From Octopus bimaculoides (taxonomy: Eukaryota): a DNA stretch of 64,000 nucleotides. A program made the position numbers and the translations under genes. Location of the stretch: assembly GCF_001194135.2 (NCBI RefSeq), contig NC_068999.1, forward strand, positions 53,647,254 through 53,711,253, read 5' to 3'. The notes under the pieces were generated by a model. The model was not told the origin of the DNA and did not search any database. It was given only the letters and a program-made list of their open reading frames with translations. This document shows positions 1-9,700 of the stretch, one piece after another (positions within the stretch are counted from its first letter, which is position 1; each line of letters opens with the position of its first letter).

Positions 1-659
1 AAACAGTTTGATTCAAATTCGTTGGTATTGTGAGTTTCAAGCATGGTGCTTGGAGTACCAACAAATTTGATTCAAGCTGTTTTGATCCATACATTTAACT
101 CCCAATAAATGTGTTAGGTGCCCTTCTTTTGTTTGTCCACTCACTTGTACTCACCTTCTCCCTTCATCGTTACCCCCTCCATCCCCACCCCACCCCTACA
201 CATCCCATTCACACATACCCCTCCCTACCCTCCACATCCTCACCCCAGACCCACATCCCACCCTCATATGAGACTAGGTACCACATGGTAGAAATAACAC
301 ATTGTTCTATGGCCAGCCAAATCACTTGGCACTAAAATGGCCCAGTCCATTTTGTTGCGACTAGGTACCACAGGATAGAAACAACTCTTGCAGTGCCAAG
401 TTCAATTCTTCCCGTGTAGGAAAAACCATATATGGCACAGTACTCTATCCAGGAGGAGATGTGTCTCTCAACAAAATCCTGAAGATAAGTACTGGACTAT
501 CTAAATTATTGTGGTTCAGAAAAGTATTAGTTAATCAATGTAAACCTTTTAATTAAATTTAATTTATTTTTATATTTATTTGTTGTGTTGTTTTAAAAAT
601 ACTTTATAATTGTTTTTTCCAATACCAGTCAATTTAGTGTGTTAATTAGTTTCCCTGCA

Positions 660-960
660 GCAGCAGCAGTAGTAGCAGTGGTAATAGTAGTAGTAGTAGT
701 AGTAGTAGCAGCAGCAGCTAGTGGTGATGGTAGCAGTGGTGGTGTTGGTTATTGTTTTTGTAGCTATTGTTGTGGCTATTGCGTGTGTTTTTTTTTTTGT
801 TTTTTTTTTGGCTACTGGTGTTTCTGCAACTTGTTATTGATGCTGTGGCTGTTGCTGTTGTGATCGCTGTAGTTACTAATGTGGTTTTTGTTGCTGCTGC
901 TACTGTTGTTGTCGTTGTGGTGGTGGTGGTGGTGGTGGTGGTGGTGGTAGCACTGGTTAT
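660..960. repeat. Cryptic triplet microsatellite mosaic (GTA/GCA/GTG/GTT)n
   Basis: Runs of gtagtagta, gcagcagca and ggtggtggt; produces the Val/Thr/Ala-rich ORFs in the track. Confidence 0.9.
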
Positions 961-1319
961 TACTGTTTCTTCATGTTTTTGCATAATTCTTTCATAAAGA
1001 AACGACAAAGCACCGACCCCCACCCACCCCCACTTCATGTTGCCCAACACTCCAGCCTCGCATCCCACCCCTTCTCTCCCTTCCTCTTCTCCCACCTCCC
1101 TTGTTACACAATTGAGCGACTGACATAGAAAAACATCGTTATCTTGTCTTACTTTGTTCTGGCTGTTTGATTTTTAATGAGGACCCCAAAGGGGTGTGGA
1201 AGGCGAGAGGGTGTGAAGGAGGGAGAGAGAGAGGAAGCGAAGGATGAAAGAATGCTAAGCATATTACATAGGGCATGAATAATTCATAGAGCAGTTGATT
1301 TGTTGCTTTGAAGGTGCAG

Positions 1320-1625
1320 ATTATGATGACGACGATGACAATGATGATGATGATGTTGAGGATGATGATGATGATGACGATGATGTTGAGGATGATGATG
1401 GTAATGATGATGATGATGAGGATGATGTTGATGATAATGAAGTAATGATGACAACAACAATGTTGGTGATGACGACAACGATGATGATGATAATGACGGT
1501 AGTGATGATGATGATGGTGATGATGATGATAGTGTTGATGATGGTCATGACAATGATGACGATGATGATAACAATGACGACAACAATGATGATGATGATT
1601 ATGATAATGACAATATTGATAACAA
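1320..1625. repeat. (GAT/GAC)n triplet mosaic
   Basis: Degenerate gatgatgat with gac/aca interruptions; source of the poly-D/M/H/I ORFs. Confidence 0.9.
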
Positions 1626-2123
1626 AGCACATATTTCACCACCACCACCACTCTCCTTTCACACCTCTCCTCTCAACAGCTAAATATCGATCTCTGTATA
1701 TTGATTGCGTTTCACAAAAGTCCTTTGGCGTACTTGGACTCCACAGCAATTCCCTCAGCAGTACTTGAACTCACAGCTTCTAGTTCACTCACTACTGCAG
1801 TCCAGTCCATACCAGTCCAGTCCATACCAGTCTACCCTCTAAACATTGGATACTACAAAGCTGTTGATGGAATTTCAATTGTTTACTTCTCACACTTAAA
1901 AAGAATCACTCCAGGATGTCTGTGTCTGGAGGTTCTAATGTCATTTGTGTTGCTTATTTAATTGATTCTCACCATGGGGCAGATATCATACTGTTAGTAC
2001 TATCAGCTGTTCTAACCTCAGTTTTCAACTTTCACCTTCTCTTTCTGCTGTTGCTTAGCAACAAACTGATGTTGTTGAGTTGTTTATCAGACATATTGGA
2101 TCATTTGATGCCATCTTTCTATG

Positions 2124-2157
<34 letters not shown>

Positions 2158-2236
2158 CTCACTACTGTTGTTGACTATACTAGGTTTTTAGTGCTGTAGT
2201 ATAATGGTGTTGTAGTGCTGTAGTATAAGATATATA

Positions 2237-2460
2237 GGCACAGGAGTGGCGGTGTGGTAAGTAGCTTGCTTACCAACCACATGGTTCCGGGTTCAGTCCC
2301 ACTGCGTGGCACCTTGGGCGAGTGTCTTCTACTATAGCCTCGGGTCGACCAAAGCCTGTCGTATATATGTGTATATATATATATATATATGTGTGTGTTT
2401 GTGTGTCTGTGTTTGTCCCCCCACCATCACTTGGCAACCGATGCAGCAAATAAAAGAGTA
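2237..2460 (+). mobile_element. tRNA-derived SINE family A, internally deleted copy
   Basis: GGCACAGGAGTGGCGGTGTGGTAAG (A-box-like) ... GGTTCAGTCCC (B-box-like); same sequence recurs more than 15 times in the window. Lacks the segment between AAAGCC and GTCGTATAT that is present at 12240-12285. Confidence 0.85.
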
Positions 2461-2645
2461 AAAAGTAGTGGTTAGGATGTTTGGTTTAAGATCATAATGT
2501 CTTGTTTTCAATTCTTCAATTCTTAGACCAAGTAATGTGTTGTATCTTTGTCCAAGGTACATTCTTCCACATTGCTCCAGTTCACTCAAAACTCTGATAA
2601 CTATCAACTAAGTGCTGGTGCAACTCTCTAAGACCTTAGATTTAA

Positions 2646-2863
2646 CCCTTTATAATTCAAACCAAACATATTAGTCCCAAATATTCTTCCTGTTTTATGT
2701 TCAAACTGACCAGATCAGGCCTCTCGCACCTACCCTACAATATCATTCTAAAAATAAACAATCACATTATCACAATCTCATGGCTATATTATAATATATG
2801 ATTAATTCAAAACGATATGAATAAATAAGCATTACATTTAACAGAAATCTGAATGTTAGAGGG
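2646..2863. mobile_element. piggyBac-like MITE
   Basis: TTAA at 2642-2645 and 2864-2867; termini CCCT...AGGG; imperfect TIRs (ccctttataattca / ccctctaacattca); related partial copy at about 24150-24280 (minus). Confidence 0.65.
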
Positions 2864-2921
2864 TTAATGAAATATAGTACTGTTCATATACTTAAGCGAG
2901 TCAGAGCACTGTCTCCCAAAA

Positions 2922-2961
<40 letters not shown>

Positions 2962-2977
2962 CATATATATATATATA

Positions 2978-3164
2978 CAGTTCTATATTTAAGAGATGAG
3001 GAATTATGTACATTATTTACATTCGACGAATATTTGTCCTCATCTTGTTTGTTGTTAACACAACATTTCGGCTGATATACCCTCCAGCCTTCTTCAGGTG
3101 TCTTGGGCAAATTTTGAACCTGGGTTCTCATTCCTAAGGTATTTTTCGATGTTGTTGTTATTAT
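2978..3164 (-). mobile_element. Penelope-like element (PLE) terminal-repeat fragment
   Basis: Carries the CTGANGA-A-GGC...GCC-GAAA-(C/T)GTT minimal-hammerhead signature known from PLE pseudo-LTRs; flanked by (TA)n and (TTA)n. Confidence 0.5.
3057..3102 (-). ncRNA. Minimal type I hammerhead ribozyme motif
   Basis: Minus strand: GACAC-CUGAAGA-A-GGCUG(gaggguauau)CAGCC-GAAA-UGUU-GUGUU. Helix I GACAC/GUGUU; 5-bp helix II; helix III reduced to AUGU (palindromic ACGU expected). Confidence 0.6.
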
Positions 3165-3168
3165 TCCT

Positions 3169-3281
3169 CTCACAAAGCTTTGGTCGACCTGGGGCTATAG
3201 TAGAAGACACTCGCTGAAGGGGCTACCCCATGGGATTGAACCCAGAACCATGTAGTCAGGAAGTAAACTTCTTACCACAAC
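3169..3281 (-). mobile_element. SINE family A head fragment
   Basis: Reverse complement of the tRNA-like head and GTGTCTTCTACTATAGCC segment. Confidence 0.75.
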
Positions 3282-3445
3282 ACACTCATCGTCACATGGC
3301 TTAAAGTTTCGTGGGCACGCCCACAAAAAGTTTAGGTCATGTGGAGCTGAGTCAAATTGTTACTGAAAATATATGTAAAACCTCCCACTTGTTACTTTTT
3401 TTCGTTTGTTCATTCACAAGTATTGTGAGGAAGTGTGTGTAGATA

Positions 3446-3605
3446 GGCGCAGGTGAGGTTGTGTGGTAAGAAGCTTGCTTTCCAACTGGGCTCAGTCCCA
3501 TTGAGTGGCCGCTTGGGCAAGTAAGTGTATTTTACTATAGCCTCGGGCCGACCAATGCTTTGTGAGTGGATTTGGTAGACGGAAACTGAAAGGAGACTGT
3601 TGTAT
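3446..3605 (+). mobile_element. SINE family A head
   Basis: GGCGCAGG...GTGTGGTAAGAAGCTTGC...GTGAGTGGATTTGGTAGACGGAAACTGAAAG. Confidence 0.8.
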
Positions 3606-4144
3606 CGGATCAACTGGAACCCTCGACGTCGTAAGCGACGGAGTGCCAACAACAACAACAATGGATGGCATTTCAACAGCTATCCTTGTTTCCTCACCAA
3701 ATAGTTTAAGAAGACAGTATCCAAAAGAAACGCGCTATAGTGTATCATTTTTGAGATTGGTCTGCTGTTTCTAGCAACCGAACTTTATGCGCAGAAGTTT
3801 TCATCCGTTGTCCTAGAAACGAACTGTATTTATAAACGGCAATAAACAAAAAAATAGTCATTAATTAAATACCAAGTCAAAAGCAGACAAGCAAAATGTT
3901 TAACGGGAGGAAAAGGGTTGAGGGATGGGGGGGGGGTTGAATAAGAAAGCGAAAACAGCTTCTGGCATTAACTTCAAGAAGCTATCAGGCTTAGTCCATT
4001 CTGTTGTGATTTTGGCGTCGAACCAACCCAAACAATAAAGAAGAGAAACTTCCAAGTTTACTAATCCCTCGATTAGAGAACTCACACAGTACCTCGTTTC
4101 AGTTGCTTGGAGTAGTAGTAGTAGTGGTAGTGGTGGTGGTGGTA

Positions 4145-4330
4145 GTGGTCGTAGTAGCTATTGTTTAGCATCGGGTTAGCCCTGAGTGAGGAGACCTGTA
4201 ATTGCAGATACTCCATCATTTTCCTATGTACAGGGAACCCAAGTCCGCATTTTTAAGACGGTAGACTATAATTTAAAAGAGATTTAGTTGCTATTTCTAG
4301 CAGGTCGAGCGACTACGTAGAGGCTCCGTT
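4145..4330 (-). mobile_element. Interspersed repeat family C (unclassified retroposon-like, ends GCTAAACAAC)
   Basis: CCTGCTAGAAATAGCA...AAATCTC motif shared with copies at about 16080, 32440, 35950, 44090, 48560, 49840, 55105 and 57430. Confidence 0.7.
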
Positions 4331-4604
4331 GTTTACTCGTACAACTAGTAGTAGTGGTGGTGGTGATGGTGGTGGTGGTAGTAGTAGTTGTTTAAAGGTT
4401 AAATAAATTCTGTTAGTTTGAAGAAATCAGTGTTGTTCTCTGGAGTAATCTCTGGATTAAATCGGATTATTCTTATCCATATTTATTCTTACGTATGTAT
4501 ACATCACTCTTTTATTCCTTATCCTTATTTATTCCGGATTTTCAGAATACATAAAAAGTTTCTTTCCTTCGGAAAGAATTCGGTACATTTTCTTTGGTGG
4601 TGGG

Positions 4605-4650
<46 letters not shown>

Positions 4651-4659
4651 CAGGACAAG

Positions 4660-4765
4660 GCCTTAAATATGAATTAGATAGAGTCCAGTACTTAACTAGT
4701 ACTTTATTTTATCAACCTCGGGAGGTTGAAAGGCAAAGCGAATTTGAATTCTGAAAGTAATCTTT
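4660..4765 (-). mobile_element. tRNA-derived SINE family B fragment
   Basis: Reverse complement of CTTTGCCTTTCA...GATAAAATAAAGTAC...GGCCTTGTCC, matching copies at 24768 and 30890. Confidence 0.65.
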
Positions 4766-5799
4766 AGTTTACTACGTCGGGAAATATATGAAAAGCAAGT
4801 GGAGGATATTGCAAGGGCGTATTTCCATAAATAACTGAATAAATAAATAAATAAATAAATAAAGGAAATAAAAATGGAAAGGACTGATGCAGAATCGATT
4901 ATTAAAGTAAATAAACAAACAAAAAGGTATGGAAAACAAAGAGATGAAACGTCCCAACCAAGGGTCAGTCATCCAGGACCAACCAAGGACTCACAAAGAT
5001 CCAGGATTACCCTAATTACCGAGAGAGCAGATGCCCTTTCCCAGCTGTGTTCACTGGTCATTCTGGCCACTCGTACCCCTCTTTCAACAAATTCACATTA
5101 TTAATGTATACCCCACCATCCATTGCCTTTGGAGCAAATATAGAAACGATAATAATGATAATAATAATAATAATCATTATTATTATTGTTTTATTTAAAA
5201 AACAAACACAAGAAATGAGTCAATTATTGGCGTCGATGGAGTTGTAAACACAAACATCTTTTCTCAATATTTATGGCGTTGTGTCTATATTTGAACTCAT
5301 AATGGTTGTTTGAGCCTGGCAAAAGCATAAATGCAACAGCATCGCATTAATCTTGGACGTTACGCCTAAATAACGCCAAAAGCGGTTATCGTTGCTATTT
5401 TCAGTTTTGTTTTTGCTTCTGTTATTGTCACTGTTGTTGTGGTGTTACGCAGTACGTGCGTGCGAGTGTCTATGTGTGTGATATGTTTAATATGTGTATT
5501 TGTGTTATGCAACATGTTCATGTTCATCTCTCTCTATATATATGTTGGAGTTGCTACCATAATATATGTATGATAATAGCTATATGCCCGTTCATCTATA
5601 TATCTTGTCTATATATCTGCTCATCAACTCATTTACCTCAGATTGTAACGTAATTAAATAAGTGCTTATACTATCTGTTCTTCCGTGCGCGCGCACACTC
5701 ATGATGTATCCACAATGTTTACATCTTGGAAGATGCTACTGCTGCTGAGAACACACACTCTCGCAAATAGTTCGCTAGATAGATGGATGGATGGATGGT

Positions 5800-5848
<49 letters not shown>

Positions 5849-6795
5849 NNNNNNNNNNGGTAGGTAGATAGATAGATAGATAGATAGAGTAATGGTATTC
5901 ACTTGAAAATAATTTTTAAAAACATTAAAATATTTTCTGTTTAAAGAAAGCTAAAATATAAATACTTAGAATACAAACAACTTACATTTTTGAAATCATA
6001 TTCACTTATATTTCTAAAGGATTAAAATATTGTGTTTAGTAAAAGCGAAAATAGAAACATTTACTGTAAAAAAACCCAACAGATTGTACTTTTTCATTGT
6101 CAAATCACTGTCTAATCAAAAGGTTATAGTTTCTTCCCTTTCAGGATGAAGTTATATTTGGAACATTTTCCTATTATGCACTGTTTTGGGTATTTATACC
6201 CACAAACCCCAAATATCTCAATAACTACCACTCTGATTTACGCAAAACTGGTTTCATTCCATTTGTATTAACATTTCAGAGTAAACTTAATTCATTGTAT
6301 TTTCCCATTATGTGCCAGTTTTGCTGGGTAACATTGCAAGCAAGTAAGATTCAAAGTGACTTTTAATGTATTATATATATATGTTAGGTATGTGATAACT
6401 CAGTAAGACAACAGAATGTAATTAGAGGAATTTAATGACTTAAAATTATCTATTCTTTTATCTTTTTCTTGTTTCAGTCATTGGACTGCAGCTATGCAGG
6501 GTCTCTGCTTTAGAAGGTTCAATCAAGCAAATAGATCCTAGTACTTATTTCATTTTTAAGTTTGGTACTTATTCTATTGGTCACTTTTGCTGAACTGTTA
6601 AGTTAAGGATATGTAAAGAAAGCAACATCAGTTGGCAAGTGACTGTAGGGGAAAAACACAAAGACACACACACATATATAACTAGGGTGTTAGAACACTT
6701 ACGTTGTTAGAAATAAGAGTTAAAAAGCCCTAATGCAGTAGTTGTGTACATATATACTGACGGACTATAATCACCCAAAAGCATTGGTTGAAAAT

Positions 6796-6848
6796 TCCCT
6801 ATACTGGTTGGTCAATTTCGGCTAACTCCGTAGCCTCATCAGTAGGGA
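6796..6848 (-). ncRNA. Canonical type I hammerhead ribozyme (complete core)
   Basis: Minus strand: UCCCUA-CUGAUGA-GGCUA(cggagu)UAGCC-GAAA-UUG(accaac)CAG-UA-UAGGGA. Helix I is 6 WC bp and is extended beyond a 4x4 internal loop by GUUGA/UCAAC; helix II 5 bp; helix III 4 bp; GUA cleavage triplet (cut between 6802 and 6801). Confidence 0.85.
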
Positions 6849-6942
6849 CTGCTCAACTCAGCTGATTCTGGATTTAATTCTCTGCCATTACTTGTGTATT
6901 CACAATAAAAAATAACTATGGATGATTTACTGAATCGCTAAA

Positions 6943-6995
6943 TTCCTATTGATGAGGCTACGAAATTAGCCAAAACTGACCACTCAGTATAGGGA
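6943..6995 (+). pseudogene. Type I hammerhead ribozyme, core-mutated
   Basis: UUCCUA-UUGAUGA-GGCUA(cgaaau)UAGCC-AAAA-CUG(accacu)CAG-UA-UAGGGA. All three helices form, but C3>U (6949) and G12>A (6972). Confidence 0.75.
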
Positions 6996-7189
6996 ATTCT
7001 AGACAGGAGTTTTTGGGCGATTACAGTCCCTGTCAGTACATATATATACAATTATGTGCTTTAACTACAGCATTAGAGCTTTTTAACTCTTATTTCTAGC
7101 AATATCAGTGTTCTAACACCCTAGTCATATTTAGTGACAATTATAGTTTTCATTTTTGGTGAAACATTGCACATGGTTGCCTATATTTA

Positions 7190-7226
<37 letters not shown>

Positions 7227-7437
7227 GCACATGCATGATGGGTTTCTTTAAGTGTCCATCTGCCAAATCCACTCACAAAGATTTGGCTGCTCTAAGCCTA
7301 GAGGTAAAAAAAATCTTCCTCAAGCTGTCTTGCAATGGCACTGAACCTGAAACCATGTAATTGAGAAGTAAACTCCTTACCACACAGGCATGCCTTTATC
7401 AGAACATAAATGTATCATTATGGCATCAAAATACATG

Positions 7438-7480
<43 letters not shown>

Positions 7481-8170
7481 GCTAAACTTAGGAGATTAAT
7501 ATATCTCACAGGCTAGTTTAACTAACCTGAAGCTCATGTATGTGCATGTGCGCACCCGCGCGCACACACACAGTGGTTGATGTGAAAGTAAGGACAGTTT
7601 TTTTTTGCCTGTAACTTTTGTGCTATCTTATGCATGCAACTTTGCAATAAAGCAAATGAAAGAAAGAATTGCTTCTGTGCTATTACCTCTATTATGAAAC
7701 CAATTATGCAACTGGCTGAATTTTTCTGATATCTATAGGCAATTATGACTGATTCTCACTGAATACAGATTTAATAAATGTCAGATTTATTTTCTTCAAA
7801 TCTAATCTTATAAACTTTAGATTTGTAAAACGTAATACTACTTATGCCATTCACGATTTTTTCCCAATTTCAGCATCATTTTGTGGGGGGGGGGAAGATA
7901 TCTCTAAGTCTTACCAATTGGGCCATAATCATAAAGTTGAGGAATTCAAAACTTTTTTTCTGTGATATCACCAAGGAAATTAAATGCAGTTCTTGTCTAA
8001 TGCTGAGTGCTTATGGGGGGGGGGGATACACAATCATACAAATTGATCTGAATGCATGGAACTAGTCAGAAAATGGATGATTGCTTGGACAGAGTAATTT
8101 GTCATTTGTCATTTATAACAAGACACTAGGAAAAAGAAAAAGAAAAGAAAAAGAAGAGAAAAACAATTAC

Positions 8171-8327
8171 CAATATCTTCTTCTATAACTTCATCATTTT
8201 TATTAGTACTGTGCATCATTGTTTCTATCAATTCAAACTCAATGGTGATATCACTAGAAGTGTTATGCTAATCTCTTCTCTTAGTTGTTGCAAACAACTG
8301 ACTTCATATAAAAGTATCTAGCTTGGT
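8171..8327 (-). CDS. Candidate exon with possible start codon (MMHSTNKNDEVIEEDI, phase 1), product unknown
   Basis: Acceptor ttttgcactaatctttcgcag| and donor G|GTAATT; ATG at 8219-8217; no compatible downstream exon found. Confidence 0.25.
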
Positions 8328-8444
8328 CTGCGAAAGATTAGTGCAAAACAATTTTTTTTTCAATGAAAATCAATTCACAATCGTTGTATTGGATGGCAAG
8401 GCATGTTCACCAAAGGCCAACTAAGTAAGCATGAGGAATTTGAT

Positions 8445-8616
8445 CATTTACTTGTTTCAGTCATTTGACTGCGGCCATGCTGGAGCACCGCCTTTAGTTG
8501 AACAAATCGACCCCAGGACTTATTCTTTGTAAGCAGTGGGACTGAATCCAGAACCATGTGGTTGGGAAGCAAGCTTCTTACTGCACATCACATGATGTCA
8601 AAACAAAGGTACAGAG

Positions 8617-8684
<68 letters not shown>

Positions 8685-8790
8685 TCACACATATAAATAT
8701 GATGAGTTTCTTTTAGTTTCTATCTAGTAAATCCATTCTCAAGGCTTTGGTAAGGGCTTTTGAAGACACTTGCCCAAAGTGCCATACAAT
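8445..8790 (-). mobile_element. Two adjacent SINE family A fragments around (AC)n
   Basis: 8445-8585 is a head joined directly to a tail; 8700-8790 is a head fragment. Confidence 0.7.
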
Positions 8791-8799
8791 ATCAAGCTT

Positions 8800-9060
8800 C
8801 ATATTACATCATTGAAAAACAAGCAAAAAGTGGAACCTTATTGATTGGCCAACCCAGTTATCAAACATAAATTGCATAGATACTTATTGTAAGTGAAGTT
8901 TGGCACCAAAATCTACAAAACATGCAGCATTAGTTTGCAATTGTCAGTTTGACTTTGAAGATGTTTAACTTGGAACATCATATAAAATTGATAAAAATAT
9001 GTCTAAAAGATGTAGAGTCATGATGACAGCAAATGGTTATGCTGCAAAATATTAATTTAT
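8800..9060 (+). pseudogene. Tc1-like transposase C-terminal remnant
   Basis: DWPTQLSNINCIDTY resembles the Tc1 WPxQSPDLNPIEN motif; (frameshift) LIKNMSKRCRVMMTANGYAAKY* resembles the Tc1 terminus LIxSMPxRxxAVIxAxGxxTKY*. Confidence 0.55.
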
Positions 9061-9347
9061 ATCATTAGAATATTGTAATATAAGATAGAATTAAGTGGAC
9101 TTATTTCTATTAATGTCTCCTGCATAAATTGATCCTAATTGCTTACAGATGCCATAAAAAATGAGTTACTTGAATAATTGGTTTAATAATTAAGATAACG
9201 ATAGAGAAATAATTTCTTTTACGTCTGTTATATTACAAAATCACATGCATAAAATAATGAAGTTACATGCAAAATAAAAAGTGTACTTACTTTCATCTCT
9301 CTCAATGTGTGTGTGTGAATATATATAATAGATAGATAGATAGATAG

Positions 9348-9392
<45 letters not shown>

Positions 9393-9627
9393 TAGATAGA
9401 TAGATAGATAGATATACACACACACNNNNNNNNNNNNNNNNNNNNNNNNNNNNNNNNNNNNNNNNNNNNNNNNNNNNNNNNNNNNNNNNNNNNNNNNNNN
9501 NNNNNNNNNNNNNNNNNNNNNNNNNNNNNNNNNNNNNNNNNNNNNNNNNNNNNNNNNNNNNNNNNNNNNNNNNNNNNNNNNNNNNNNNNNNNNNNNNNNN
9601 NNNNNNNNNNNNNNNNNNNNNNNNNNN

Positions 9628-9700
9628 AGGCTCCAATCTGATCTGGCAGAGTTTCTACAGCTGGATGCCCTTCCTAACGCCAACCACTCCGAGAGTATAA
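9628..9700 (-). mobile_element. Fragment of RTE-associated 3'-UTR repeat (GGTTGGCGTTAGGAAGGGCATCCAGCTGTAGAAAC)
   Basis: Same motif follows the RTE ORF end at about 40060-40100 and recurs at about 22625-22745, 28615-28800, 45960-46105, 53475-53575 and 54150-54330. Confidence 0.65.

Larger units (their letters stand above)
3600..5790. promoter_or_regulatory. CpG-retaining region, putative unmethylated promoter
   Basis: By eye, CG dinucleotides are frequent here and scarce at about 7.2-33 kb (not counted). A possible minus-strand first-exon donor GAG|GTAAAT lies at 5637/5636. Confidence 0.35.
6681..7125. mobile_element. Near-palindromic non-autonomous element with long inverted arms, each containing a hammerhead
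   Basis: Arms 6681-6848 and 6943-7125 are reverse complements: outer 19 bp perfect (ACTAGGGTGTTAGAACACT), roughly 85% identical by eye; spacer about 95 bp; no ORF. Confidence 0.85.
6467..7395 (-). mobile_element. SINE family A copy split by an insertion at its internal (TA)n/(CA)n tract
   Basis: Tail half at about 6467-6680 and head half at about 7228-7395, both minus; the palindromic element 6681-7125 lies between them. Confidence 0.65.

Noticed and set aside
111-1768. Long Val/Thr/His/Asp/Met-rich ORFs (and similar ones at 10181-10910, 15781-16470, 32049-32435, 33063-33608)
   Set aside because: Translations of triplet microsatellite mosaics, which stay open in several frames by construction
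1701-1961. 86-aa ORF with a frame-preserving 15-bp tandem duplication (1798-1832, VQSIP x2)
   Set aside because: Non-ATG start, no recognisable domain, no convincing splice sites; a single slippage event explains it
2237-2320. tRNA-like heads of the SINEs as tRNA genes
   Set aside because: A/B-box-like motifs are present, but no complete cloverleaf and they continue into repeat bodies
7689-7734. Minus-strand ISEKFSQLHNWFHNR resembling homeodomain helix 3
   Set aside because: Only 15 aa, rest of the homeodomain absent, and phase incompatible with the neighbouring exon candidate
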